From assembly GCF_009914755.1 (NCBI RefSeq), contig NC_060943.1: a stretch of 64,000 nucleotides of DNA; one strand, given 5' to 3'. The notes below the pieces were generated by a model. It made no database searches and was not told the DNA's origin. It saw only the letters and a program-made list of their open reading frames with translations. Every line of letters begins with the position of its first letter. The first letter of the stretch is position 1. This document shows positions 40,481 to 54,400 of the stretch, in pieces. The position numbers and the translations under genes were made by a program. The DNA comes from the human T2T-CHM13v2.0 reference genome, Homo sapiens.

Positions 40481-43400
40481 CTTTACACAGAGCAGACTTG
40501 AAACACTCTTTTTGTGGAATTTGCAAGTGGAGATTTCAGCCGCTTTGAGTTCAATGGTAGAATAGGAAATATCTTCCTATAGAAACTAGACAGAATGATT
40601 CTCAGAAACTCCTTTGTGATGTGTGCGTTCAACTCACAGAGTTCAACCTTTCTTTTCATAGAGCAGTTGGGAAACGCTCTGTTTGTAAAGTCTGCAAATG
40701 GATATTCAGACTTCTTTGAGGCCTTCGTTGGAAGCAGGATTTCTTCATATTCTGCTAGACAGAAGAATTCTCAGTAACTTCCTTGTGTTGTGTGTATTCA
40801 ACTCACAGAGTTGAACGATCCTTTACACAGAGCAGACTTGAAATACTCTTTTTGTGGAATTTGCAAGTGGAGATTTCAGCCGCTTTGAGGTCAATGGTAG
40901 AATAGGAAATATCTTCCTATAGAAACTAGACAGAATGGTTCTCAGAAACTCCTTTGTGATGTGTGCGTTCAACTCACAGAGTTTAACCTTTCTTTTCATA
41001 GAGCAGTTAGGAAACACTCTGTTTGTAAAGTCCGCAAGTGGATATTCAGACATCCTTGAGGCTTTCGTTGGAAACGGGATTTCTTCGTATTCTGCTAGAA
41101 AGAAGAATTCTCAGTAACTTCCTTGTGTTGTGTGTATTCAACTCACAGAGTTGAATGATCCTTTACACAGAACAGTCTTGAAACACTCTTTTTGTGGAAT
41201 TTGCAAGTGGAGATTTCAGCCGCTTTGAGGTCAATGGTAGAATAGGAAATATCTTCCTATAGAAACTAGACAGAATGATTCTCAGAAACTCCTTTGTGAT
41301 GTGTGCGTTCAACTCACAGAGTTTCACCTTTCTTTTCATAGAGCAGTTAGGAAACACTCTGTTTGTAAAGTCTGCAAGTGGATATTCAGACATCTTTGAG
41401 GCTTTCGTTGGAAACGGAATTTCTTCATATTCTGCTAGACAGAAGAATTCTCAGAAACTTCGTTGTGTTGTGTGTTTTCAACTCACAGAGTTCAACGATC
41501 CTTTACGCAGAGTAGACTTGAAACACTCTTTTTGTGGAATTGGCAGGGTGGAGATTTCAGCCGCTTTGAGGTCAGTGGTAGAAAAGGAAATACCTTCGTA
41601 TAAAAACTAGACAGAGTGATTCTCAGAAACTCCTTTGTGATGTCTGCGTTCAACTCACAGAGTTTAACCTTTCTTTTCATAGAGCAGTTAGGAAACACTC
41701 TGTTTGTAAAGTCTGCAAGTGGATATTCAGACCTCCTTGAGGCCTTCGTTGGAAACGGGATTTCTTCATATTCTGCTATACAGAAGAATTCTCAGAAACT
41801 TCCTTGTGTTGTGTGTATTCAACTCACAGAGTTGAACGATTGTTTACACAGAGCAGACTTGAGACACTCTTTTTGTGGAATTTGTAAGTGGAGATTTCAG
41901 CCGCTTTGAGGTCAATGGTAGAAAAGGAAATATCTTCATATAAAAACTAGACAGAATGATTCTCAGAAACTCCTTTGTGATGTGTGCGTTCAACTCACAG
42001 AGTTTAACCTTTCTTTTCATAGAGCAGTTAGGAAACACTCTGTTTGTAAAGTCTGCAAGTGGATATTCAGACCTCTTTGAGGCCTTCGTTGGAAACGGGA
42101 TTTCTTCATATTATGCTAGACAGAAGAATTCTCAGTAACTTCCTTGTGTTGTGTGTATTCAACTCACAGAGTTGAACGATCCTTTACACAGAGCAGACTT
42201 GAAACACTCTTTTTGTGGAATTTGCAAGTGGAGATTTCAGCCGCTTTGAGGTCAATGGTAGAAAAGGAAATATCTTCGTAAAAAAACTAGACAGAATGAT
42301 TCTCAGAAACTCCTTTGTGATGTGTGAATTCAACTCACAGAGTTTAACCTTTCTTTTCACAGAGCAGTTAGGAAACACTCTGTTTGTAAAGTCTGCAAGT
42401 GGATATTCAGACCTCTTTGAGGCCTTCGTTGGAAACGGGATTTCTTCATATTATGCTAGACAGAAGAATTCTCAGTAACTTCCTTGTGTTGTGTGTATTC
42501 AACTCACAGAGTTGAACGATCCTTTACACAGAGCAGACTTGAAACACTCTTTTTCTGGAATTTGCAAGTGGAGATTTCAGCCGCTTTGAGGTCAATGGTA
42601 GAATAGGAAATATCTTTCTATAGAAACTAGACAGAATGATTCTGAGAAACTCCTTTGTGATGTGTGCGTTCAACTCACAGAGTTTAACCTTTCTTTTCAT
42701 AGAGCAGTTGGGAAACACTCCGTTTGTAAACTCTGCAAGTGGATATTCAGACCTCCTTGAGGCCTTCGTTGGAAACGGGATTTCTTCATATTATGCTAGA
42801 CAGAAGAATTCTCAGTAACTTCCTTGTGTTGTGTGTATTCAACTCACAGGGTTGAACGATCCTTTACACAGAGCAGACTTGAAACACTCTTTTTGTGGAA
42901 TTTGCAAGTGGAGATTTCAGCCGCTTTGAGTTCAATGGTAGAATAGGAAATATCTTCCTATAGAAACTAGACAGAATGATTCTCAGAAACTCCTTTGTGA
43001 TGTGTGCGTTCAACTCACAGAGTTCTACCTTTCTTTTCATAGAGCAGTTGGGAAACACTCTGTTTGTAAAGTCTGCAAGTGGATATTCAGACTTCTTTGA
43101 GGCCTTCGTTGGAAGCGGGATTTCTTCATATTCTGCTAGACAGAAGAATTCTCAGTAACTTCCTTGTGTTGTGTGTATTCAACTCACAGAGTTGAACGAT
43201 CCTTTACACAGAACAGTCTTGAAACACTCTTTTTGTGGAATTTGCAAGTGGAGATTTCAGCCGCTTTGAGGTCAATGGTAGAATAGGAAATATCTTCCTA
43301 TAGAAACTAGACAGAATGATTCTCAGAAACACCTTTGTGATGTGTGCGTTCAACTCACAGAGTTTAACCTTTCTTTTCATAGAGCAGTTAGGAAACACTC

Positions 43401-45480
43401 TGTTTGTAAAGTCTGCAAGTGGATATTCAGACATCTTTGAGGCCTTCGTTGGAAACGGGATTTCTTCATGTTCTGCTAGACAGAAGAATTCTCAGAAACT
43501 TCCTTGTGTTGTGTGTTTTCAACTCACAGAGTTGAACGATGCTTTACACAGAGTAGACTTGAAACACTCTTTTTGTGTAATTTGCAAGTGGAGATTTCAG
43601 CCGCTTTGAGGTCAATGGTAGAAAAGGAAATATCTTCGTATAAAAACTAGACAGAATGATTCTCAGAAACTCCTTTGAAATGTGTGCGTTCAACTCACAG
43701 AGTTTAACCTTTCTTTTCATAGAGCAGTTAGGAAACACTCTGTTTGTAAAGTCTGCAAGTGGATATTCAGACCTCTTTGAGGCCTTCGTTGGAAACGGGA
43801 TTTCTTCATATTCTTCTAGAGAGAAGAATTCTCAGTAACTTCATTGTGTTGTGTGTATTCAACTCACAGATTTCAACGATCCTTTACACAGAGCAGACTT
43901 GAAACACTCTTTTTCTGGAATTTGCAAGTGGAAATTTCAGCCGCTTTGAGGTCAATGGTAGAATAGGAAATATCTTCCTATAGAAACTAGACAGAATGAT
44001 TCTCAGAAACTCCTTTGTGATGTGTGCGTTCAACTCACAGAGTTTAACCTTTCTTTTCATAGAGCAGTTAGGAAACACTCTGTTTGTAAAGTCTGCAAGT
44101 GGATATTCAGACCTCTTTGAGGCCTTCGTTGGAAACGGGATTTCTTCATATTATGCTAGACAGAAGAATTCTCAGTAACTTCATTGTGTTGTGTGTATTC
44201 AACTCACAGATTTCAACGATCCTTTACAAAGAGCAGACTTGAAACACTCTTTTTCTGGAATTTGCAAGTGGAGATTTCAGCCGCTTTGAGGTCAATGGTA
44301 GAATAGGAAATATCTTCCTATAGAAACTAGACAGAATGATTCTCAGAAACTCCTTTGTGATGTGTGCGTTCAACTCACAGAGTTTAACCTTTCTTTTCAT
44401 AGAGCAGTTAGGAAACACTCTGTTTGTAAAGTCTGCAAGTGGATATTCAGACCTCGTTGAGGCCTTCGTTGTAAACGGGATTTCTTCATATTATGCTAGA
44501 CAGAAGAATTCTCAGTAACTTCCTTGTGTTGTGTGTATTCAACTCACAGAGTTGAACTATCCTTTACACTGAGGAGTCTTGAAACACTCTTTTTGTGGAA
44601 TTTGCAAGTGGATATTTCAGCCGCTTTGAGGTCAATGGTAGAATAGGAAATATCTTCCTATAGAAACTAGACAGAATGATTCTCAGAAACTCCTTTGTGA
44701 TGTGTGCGTTCAACTGACAGAGTTTAACCTTTCTTTTCATAGAGCAGTTAGGAAAAACTCTGTTTGTAAAGTCTGCAAGTGGATATTGAGACCTCCTTGA
44801 GGCCTTCGTTGGAAACGGGATTTCTTCATATGATGCTAGACAGAAGAATTCTCAGTAACTTCCTTGTGTTGTGTGTATTCAACTCACAGAGTTGAACGAT
44901 CCTTTACACAGAGCAGACTTGAAACACTCTTTTTGTGGAATTTGCAAGTGGAGATTTCAGCCTCTTTGAGGTCAATGGTAGAATAGGAAATATCTTCCTA
45001 TAGAAACTAGACAGAATGATTCTCAGAAACTCCTTTGTGATGTGTGCGTTCAACTCACAGAGTTTAACCTTTCTTTTTATAGAGCAGTTAGGAAACACTC
45101 TGTTTGTAAAGTCTGCAAGTGGATATTCAGACCTCCTTGAGGCCTTCGTTGGAAACGGGATTTCTTCCTATTATGCTAGACAGAAGAATTCTCAGTAACT
45201 TCCTTGTGTTGTGTGTATTCAACTCACAGAGTTGAATGATCCTTTACACAGAGCAGACTTGAAACACTCTTTTTGTGGAATTTGCAAGGGGAGATTTCAG
45301 CCGCTTTGAGTTCAATGGTAGAATAGGAAATATCTTCCTATAGAAACTAGACAGAATGATTCTCAGAAACTCCTTTGTGATGTGTGCGTTCAACTCACAG
45401 AGTTCAACCTTTCTTTTCATAGAGCAGTTGGGAAACGCTCTGTTTGTAAAGTCTGCAAATGGATATTCAGACTTCTTTGA
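39910..45480 (+). repeat. ~5.6-kb block, copy B of the long-range direct duplication (one dimer shorter)
   Basis: Colinear with 24610-30520. The dimer at ~27890-28230 has no counterpart (junction near 43190). Confidence 0.87.
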
Positions 45481-48400
45481 GGCTTTCTTTGGAAACGGGA
45501 TTTCTTCATATTATGCTAGACAGAAGAATTCTCAGTAACTTCCTTGTGTTGTGTGTATTCAACTCACAGAGTTGAACGATCCTTTACACAGAGCAGACTT
45601 GAAACACTCTTTTTGTGGAATTTGCAAGTGGAGATTTCAGCCGCTTTGAGGTCAATGGTAGAAAAGGAAATATCTTCGTATAAAAACTAGACAGAATGAT
45701 TCTCAGAAACTCCTTTGTGATGTGTGCATTCAACTCACAGAGTTTAACCTTTCTTTTCACAGAGCAGTTAGGAAACACTCTGTTTGTAAAGTCTGCAAGT
45801 GGATATTCAGACCTCCTTGAGGCCTTCGTTGGAAACGGGATTTCTTCATATTATGCTAGACAGAAGAATTCTCAGTAACTTCCTTGTGTTGTGTGTATTC
45901 AACTCACAGAGTTGAACGATCCTTTACACAGAGCAGACTTGAAACACTCTTTTTGTGGAATTTGCAAGTGGAGATTTCAGCCGCTTTGAGGTCAATGGTA
46001 GAATAGGAAATATCTTTCTATAGAAACTAGACAGAATGATTCTGAGAAACTCCTTTGTGATGTGTGCGTTCAACTCACAGAGTTTAACCTTTCTTTTCAT
46101 AGAGCAGTTGGGAAACACTCCGTTTGTAAACTCTGCAAGTGGATATTCAGACCTCCTTGAGGCCTTCGTTGGAAACGGGATTTCTTCATATTATGCTAGA
46201 CAGAAGAATTCTCAGTAACTTCCTTGTGTTGTGTGTATTCAACTCACAGGGTTGAACGATACTTTACACAGAGCAGACTTGAAACACTCTTTTTGTGGAA
46301 TTTGCAAGTGGCGATTTCAGCCTCTTTGAGGTCAATGGTAGAATAGGAAATATCTTCCTATAGAAACTAGACAGAATGATTCTCAGAAACTCCTTTGTGA
46401 TGTGTGCGTTCAACTCACAGAGTTTAACCTTTCTTTTTATAGAGCAGTTAGGAAACACTCTGTTTGTAAAGTCTGCAAGTGGATATTCAGACCTCCTTGA
46501 GGCCTTCTTTGGAAACGGGATTTCTTCCTATTATGCTAGACAGAAGAATTCTCAGTAACTTCCTTGTGTTGTGTGTATTCAACTCACAGAGTTGAACGAT
46601 CCTTTACACAGAGCAGACTTGAAACACTCTTTTTGTGGAATTTGCAAGTGGAGATTTCAGCCGCTTTGAGTTCAATGGTAGAATAGGAAATATCTTCCTA
46701 TAGAAACTAGACAGAATGATTCTCAGAAACTCCTTTGTGATGTGTGCGTTCAACTCACAGAGTTCAACCTTTCTTTTCATAGAGCAGTTGGGAAACGCTC
46801 TGTTTGTAAAGTCTGCAAATGGATATTCAGACTTCTTTGAGGCCTTCGTTGGAAGCAGGATTTCTTCATATTCTGCTAGACAGAAGAATTCTCAGTAACT
46901 TCCTTGTGTTGTGTGTATTCAACTCACAGAGTTGAATGATCCTTTACACAGAACAGACTTGAAACACTCTTGTTGTGGAATTTGCAAGTGGAGAATTCAG
47001 CCGCTTTGAGGTCAACGGTAGAATAGGAAATATCTTCCTATAGAAACTAGACAGAATGATTCTCAGAAACTCCTTTGTGATGTGTGCGTTCAACTCACAG
47101 AGTTTAACCTTTCTTTTCATAGAGCAGTTAGGAAACACTCTGTTTGTAAAGTCTGCAAGTGGATATTCAGACATCCTTGAGGCTTTCGTTGGAAACGGGA
47201 TTTCTTCATATTCTGCTAGAAAGAAGAATTCTCAGTAACTTCCTTGTGTTGTGTGTATTCAACTCACAGAGTTGAACGATCCTTTACACAGAACAGTCTT
47301 GAAACACTCTTTTTGTGGAATTTGCAAGTGGAGATTTCAGCCGCTTTGAGGTCAATGGTAGAATAGGAAATATCTTCCTATAGAAACTAGACAGAATGAT
47401 TCTCAGAAACACCTTTGTGATGTGTGCGTTCAACTCACAGAGTTTAACCTTTCTTTTCATAGAGCAGTTAGGAAACACTCTGTTTGTAAAGTCTGCAAGT
47501 GGATATTCAGACATCTTTGAGGCCTTCGTTGGAAACGGGATTTCTTCATGTTCTGCTATACAGAAGAATTCTCAGAAACTTCCTTGTGTTGTGTGTTTTC
47601 AACTCACAGAGTTGAACGATGCTTTACACAGAGTAGACTTGAAACACTCTTTTTGTGTAATTTGCAAGTGGAGATTTCAGCCGCTTTGAGGTCAATGGTA
47701 GAAAAGGAAATATCTTCGTATAAAAACTAGACAGAATGATTCTCAGAAACTCCTTTGAGATGTGTGCATTCAACTCACAGAGTTTAACCTTTCTTTTCAT
47801 AGAGCAGTTAGGAAACACTCTGTTTGTAAAGTCTGCAAGTGGATATTCAGACCTCTTTGAGGCCTTCTTTGGAAACGGGATTTCTTCATATTCTTCTAGA
47901 GAGAAGAATTCTCAGTAACTTCATTGTGTTGTGTGTATTCAACTCACAGATTTCAACGATCCTTTACACAGAGCAGACTTGAAACACTCTTTTTCTGGAA
48001 TTTGCAAGTGGAAATTTCAGCCGCTTTGAGGTCAATGGTAGAATAGGAAATATCTTCATATAGAAACTAGACAGAATGATTCTCAGAAACTCCTTTGTGA
48101 TGTGTGCGTTCAACTCACAAAGTTTAACCTTTCTTTTCATAGAGCAGTTAGGAAACACTCTGTTTGTAAAGTCTGCAAGTGGATATTCAGACCTCTTTGA
48201 GGCCTTCGTTGGAAACGGGATTTCTTCATATTATGCTAGACAGAAGAATTCTCAGTAACTTCCTTGTGTTGTGTGTATTCAACTCACAGAGTTGAACGAT
48301 CCTTTACACAGAGCAGACTTGAAACACTCTTTTTGTGGAATTTGCAAGTGGAGATTTCAGCCGCTTTGAGGTCAATGGTAGAAAAGGAAATATCTTCGTA

Positions 48401-51400
48401 TAAAAACTAGACAGAATGATTCTCAGAAACTCCTTTGTGATGTGTGCGTTCAACTCACAGAGTTTAACCTTTCTTTTCATAGAGCAGTTAGGAAACACTC
48501 TGTTTGTAAAGTCTGCAAGTGGATATTCAGACCTCCTTGAGGCCTTCGTTGGAAACGGGATTTCTTCATATTATGCTAGACAGAAGAATTCTCAGTAACT
48601 TCCTTGTGTTGTGTGTATTCAACTCACAGAGTTGAACGATCCTTTACACTGAGCAGTCTTGAAACACTCTTTTTGTGGAATTTGCAAGTGGAGATTTCAG
48701 CCGCTTTGAGGTCAATGGTAGAATAGGAAATATCTTCCTATAGAAACTAGACAGAATGATTCTGAGAAACTCCTTTGTGATGTGTGCGTTCAACTCACAG
48801 AGTTTAACCTTTCTTTTCATAGAGCAGTTAGGAAACACTCTGTTTGTAAAGTCTGCAAGTGGATATTCAGACCTCCTTGAGGCCTTCGTTGGAAACGGGA
48901 TTTCTTCATATGATGCTAGACAGAAGAATTCTCAGTAACTTCCTTGTGTTGTGTGTATTCAACTCACAGAGTTGAACGATCCTTTACACAGAGCAGACTT
49001 GAAACACTCTTTTTGTGGAATTTGCAAGTGGAGATTTCAGCCGCTTTGAGTTCAATGGTAGAATAGGAAATATCTTCCTATAGAAACTAGACAGAATGAT
49101 TCTCAGAAACTCCTTTGTGATGTGTGCGTTCAACTCACAGAGTTCAACCTTTCTTTTCATAGAGCAGTTGGGAAACACTCTGTTTGTAAAGTCTGCAAGT
49201 GGATATTCAGACTTCTTTGAGGCCTTCGTTGGAAGCGGGATTTCTTCATATTCTGCTAGACAGAAGAATTCTCAGTAACTTCCTTGTGTTGTGTGTATTC
49301 AACTCACAGAGTTGAACGATCCTTTACACAGAGCAGACTTGAAACACTCTTTTTGTGGAATTTGAAGTGGAGATTTCAGCCGCTTTGAGGTCAATGGTAG
49401 AATAGGAAATATCTTCCTATAGAAACTAGACAGAATGATTCTCAGAAACTCCTTTGTGATGTGTGCGTTCAACTCACAGAGTTTAACCTTTCTTTTCATA
49501 GAGCAGTTAGGAAACACTCTGTTTGTAAAGTCTGCAAGTGGATATTCAGACATCCTTGAGGCTTTCGTTGGAAACGGGATTTCTTCATATTCTGCTAGAA
49601 AGAAGAATTCTCAGTAACTTCCTTGTGTTGTGTGTATTCAACTCACAGAGTTGAACGATCCTTTACACAGAGCAGACTTGAAACACTCTTTTTGTGGAAT
49701 TTGCAAGTGGCGATTTCAGCCTCTTTGAGGTCAATGGTAGAATAGGAAATATCTTCCTATAGAAACTAGACAGAATGATTCTCAGAAACTCCTTTGTGAT
49801 GTGTGCGTTCAACTCACAGAGTTTAACCTTTCTTTTTATAGAGCAGTTAGGAAACACTCTGTTTGTAAAGTCTGCAAGTGGATATTCAGACCTCCTTGAG
49901 GCCTTCGTTGGAAACGGGATTTCTTCCTATTATGCTAGACAGAAGAATTCTCAGTAACTTCCTTGTGTTGTGTGTATTCAACTCACAGAGTTGAATGATC
50001 CTTTACACAGAGCAGACTTGAAACACTCTTTTTGTGGAATTTGCAAGTGGAGATTTCAGCCGCTTTGAGGTCAATGGTAGAATAGGAAATATCTTCCTAT
50101 AGAAACTAGACAGAATGATTCTCAGAAACTCCTTTGTGATGTGTGCGTTCAACTCACAGAGTTTAACCTTTCTTTTCATAGAGCAGTTAGGAAACACTCT
50201 GTTTGTAAAGTCTGCAAGTGGATATTCAGACATCCTTTAGGCTTTCGTTGGAAACGGGATTTCTTCGTATTCTGCTAGAAAGAAGAATTCTCAGTAACTT
50301 CCTTGTGTTGTGTGTATTCAACTCACAGAGTTGAATGATCCTTTACACAGAACAGTCTTGAAACACTCTTTTTGTGGAATTTGCAAGTGGAGATTTCAGC
50401 CGCTTTGAGGTCAATGGTAGAATAGGAAATATCTTCCTATAGAAACTAGACAGAATGATTCTCAGAAACTCCTTTGTGATGTGTGCGTTCAACTCACAGA
50501 GTTTAACCTTTCTTTTCATAGAGCAGTTAGGAAACACTCTGTTTGTAAAGTCTGCAAGTGGATATTCAGACATCTTTGAGGCTTTCGTTGGAAACGGGAT
50601 TTCTTCATATTCTGCTAGACAGAAGAATTCTCAGAAACTTCGTTGTGTTGTGTGTTTTCAACTCACAGAGTTCAACGATCCTTTACGCAGAGTAGACTTG
50701 AAACACTCTTTTTGTGGAATTGGCAGGGTGGAGATTTCAGCCGCTTTGAGGTCAATGGTAGAAAAGGAAATATCTTCGTATAAAAACTAGACAGAGTGAT
50801 TCTCAGAAACTCCTTTGTGATGTGTGCGTTCAACTCACAGAGTTTAACCTTTCTTTTCATAGAGCAGTTAGGAAACACTCTGTTTGTAAAGTCTGCAAGT
50901 GGATATTCAGACCTCCTTGAGGCCTTCGTTGGAAACGGGATTTCTTCATATTATGCTAGACAGAAGAATTCTCAGAAACTTCCTTGTGTTGTGTGTATTC
51001 AACTCACAGAGTTGAACGATTGTTTACACAGAGCAGACTTGAGACACTCTTTTTGTGGAATTTGTAAGTGGAGATTTCAGCCGCTTTGTGATCAATGGTA
51101 GAAAAGGAAATATCTTCATATAAGAACTAGACAGAATGATTCTCAGAAACTCCTTTGTTATGTGTGCGTTCAACTCACAGAGTTTAACCTTTCTTTTCAT
51201 AGAGCAGTTAGGAAACACTCTGTTTGTAAAGTCTGCAAGTGGATATTCAGACCTCTTTGAGGCCTTCGTTGGAAACGGGATTTCTTCATATTATGCTAGA
51301 CAGAAGAATTCTCAGTAACTTCCTTGTGTTGTGTGTATTCAACTCACAGAGTTGAACGATCCTTTACACAGAGCAGACTTGAAACACTCTTTTTGTGGAA

Positions 51401-54400
51401 TTTGCAAATGGAGATTACAGCCGCTTTGAGGTCAATGGTAGAAAAGGAAATATCTTCGTATAAAAACTAGACAGAATGATTCTCAGAAACTCCTTTGTGA
51501 TGTGTGCGTTCAACTCACAGAGTTTAACCTTTCTTTTCATAGAGCAGTTAGGAAACACTCTGTTTGTAAAGTCTGCAAGTGGATATTCAGACCTCCTTGA
51601 GGCCTTCGTTGGAAATGGGATTTCTTCATATTCTGCTAGACAGAAGAATTCTCAGTAACTTCCTTGTGTTGTGTGTATTCAACTCACAGAGTTGAACGAT
51701 CCTTTACACAGAGCAGACTTGAAACACTCTTTTTGTGGAATTTGCAAGTGGAGATTTCAGCCGCTTTGAGGTCAATGGTAGAATAGGAAATATCTTCCTA
51801 TAGAAACTAGACAGAATGATTCTGAGAAACTCCTTTGTGATGTGTGCGTTCAACTCACAGAGTTTAACCTTTCTTTTCATAGAGCAGTTAGGAAACACTC
51901 TGTTTGTAAAGTCTGCAAGTGGATATTCAGACCTCCTTGAGGCCTTCGTTGGAAACGGGATTTCTTCATATTATGCTAGACAGAAGAATTCTCAGTAACT
52001 TCCTTGTGTTGTGTGTATTCAACTCACAGAGTTGAACGATCCTTTACACAGAGCAGACTTGAAACACTCTTTTTGTGGAATTTGCAAGTGGAGATTTCAG
52101 CCGATTTGAGTTCAATGGTAGAATAGGAAATATCTTCCTATAGAAACTAGACAGAATGATTCTCAGAAACTCCTTTGTGATGTGTGCGTTCAACTCACAG
52201 AGTTCAACCTTTCTTTTCATAGAGCAGTTGGGAAACACTCTGTTTGTAAAGTCTGCAAGTGGATATTCAGACTTCTTTGAGGTCTTCGTTGGAAGCGGGA
52301 TTTCTTCATATTCTGCTAGACAGAAGAATTCTCAGTAACTTCCTTGTGTTGTGTGTATTCAACTCACAGAGTTGAACGATCCTTTACACAGAGCAGACTT
52401 GAAACACTCTTTTTGTGGAATTTGCAAGTGGAGATTTCAGCCGCTTTGAGGTCAATGGTAGAATAGGAAATATCTTCCTATAGAAACTAGACAGAATGAT
52501 TCTCAGAAACTCCTTTGTGATGTGTGCGTTCAACTCACAGAGTTTAACCTTTCTTTTCATAGAGCAGTTAGGAAACACTCTGTTTGTAAAGTCTGCAAGT
52601 GGATATTCAGACATCCTTGAGGCTTTCGTTGGAAACGGGATTTCTTCATATTCTGCTAGAAAGAAGAATTCTCAGTAACTTCCTTGTGTTGTGTGTATTC
52701 AACTCACAGAGTTGAATGATCCTTTACACAGAACAGTCTTGAAACACTCTTTTTGTGGAATTTGCAAGTGGAGATTTCAGCCGCTTTGAGGTCAATGGTA
52801 GAATAGGAAATATCTTCCTATAGAAACTAGACAGAATTATTCTCAGAAACTCCTTTGTGATGTGTGCGTTCAACTCACAGAGTTTAACCTTTCTTTTCAT
52901 AGAGCAGTTAGGAAACACTCTGTTTGTAAAGTCTGCAAGTGGATATTCAGACATCTTTGAGGCTTTCGTTGGAAACGGGATTTCTTCATATTCTGCTAGA
53001 CAGAAGAATTCTCAGAAACTTCGTTGTGTTGTGTGTTTTCAACTCACCGAGTTGAACGATCCTTTACACAGGGTAGACTTGAAACACTCTTTTTGTGGAA
53101 TTGGCAGGGTGGAGATTTCAGCCGCTTTGAGGTCAATGGTAGAAAAGGAAATATCTTCGTATAAAAACTAGACAGAGTGATTCTCAGAAACTCCTTTGTG
53201 ATGTCTGCGTTCAACTCACAGAGTTTAACCTTTCTTTTCATAGAGCAGTTAGGAAACACTCTGTTTGTAAAGTCTGCAAGTGGATATTCAGACCTCCTTG
53301 AGGCCTTCGTTGGAAACGGGATTTCTTCATATTCTGCTATACAGAAGAATTCTCAGAAACTTCCTTGTGTTGTGTGTATTCAACTCACAGAGTTGAACGA
53401 TCGTTTACACAGAGCAGACTTGAGACACTCTTTTTGTGGAATTTGCAAGTGGAGATTTCAGCCGCTTTGAGGTCAATGGTAGAATAGGAAATATCTTCCT
53501 ATAGAAACTAGACAGAATGATTGTGAGAAACTCCTTTGTGATGTGTGCGTTCAACTCACAGAGTTTAACCTTTCTTTTCATAGAGCAGTTAGGAAACACT
53601 CTGTTTGTAAAGTCTGCAAGTGGATATTCAGACCTCCTTGAGGCCTTCGTTGGAAACGGGATTTCTTCCTATTATTCTAGACAGAAGAATTCTCAGTAAC
53701 TTCCTTGTGTTGTGTGTATTCAACTCACAGAGTTGAATGATCCTTTACACAGAGCAGACTTGAAACACTCTTTTTGTGGAATTTGCAAGTGGAGATTTCA
53801 GCCGCTTTGAGTTCAATGGTAGAATAGGAAATATCTTCCTATAGAAACTAGACAGAATGATTCTCAGAAACTCCTTTGTGATGTGTGCGTTCAACTCACA
53901 GAGTTCAACCTTTCTTTTCATAGAGCAGTTGGGAAACGCTCTGTTTGTAAAGTCTGCAAGTGGATATTCAGACTTCTTTGAGGTCTTCGTTGGAAGCGGG
54001 ATTTCTTCATATTCTGCTAGACAGAAGAATTCTCAGTAACTTCCTTGTGTTGTGTGTATTCAACTCACAGAGTTGAACGATCCTTTACACAGAGCAGACT
54101 TGAAACACTCTTTTTGTGGAATTTGCAAGTGGAGACTTCAGCCGCTTTGAGGTCAATGGTAGAATAGGAAATATCTTCCCATAGAAACTAGACAGAATGA
54201 TTCTCAGAAACTCCTTTGTGATGTGTGCGTTCAACTCACAGAGTTTAACCTTTCTTTTCATAGAGCAGTTAGGAAACACTCTGTTTGTAAAGTCTGCAAG
54301 TGAATATTCAGACATCCTTGAGGTTTTCGTTGGAAACGGGATTTCTTCATATTCTGCTAGAAAGAAGAATTCTCAGTAACTTCCTTGTGTTGTGTGTATT

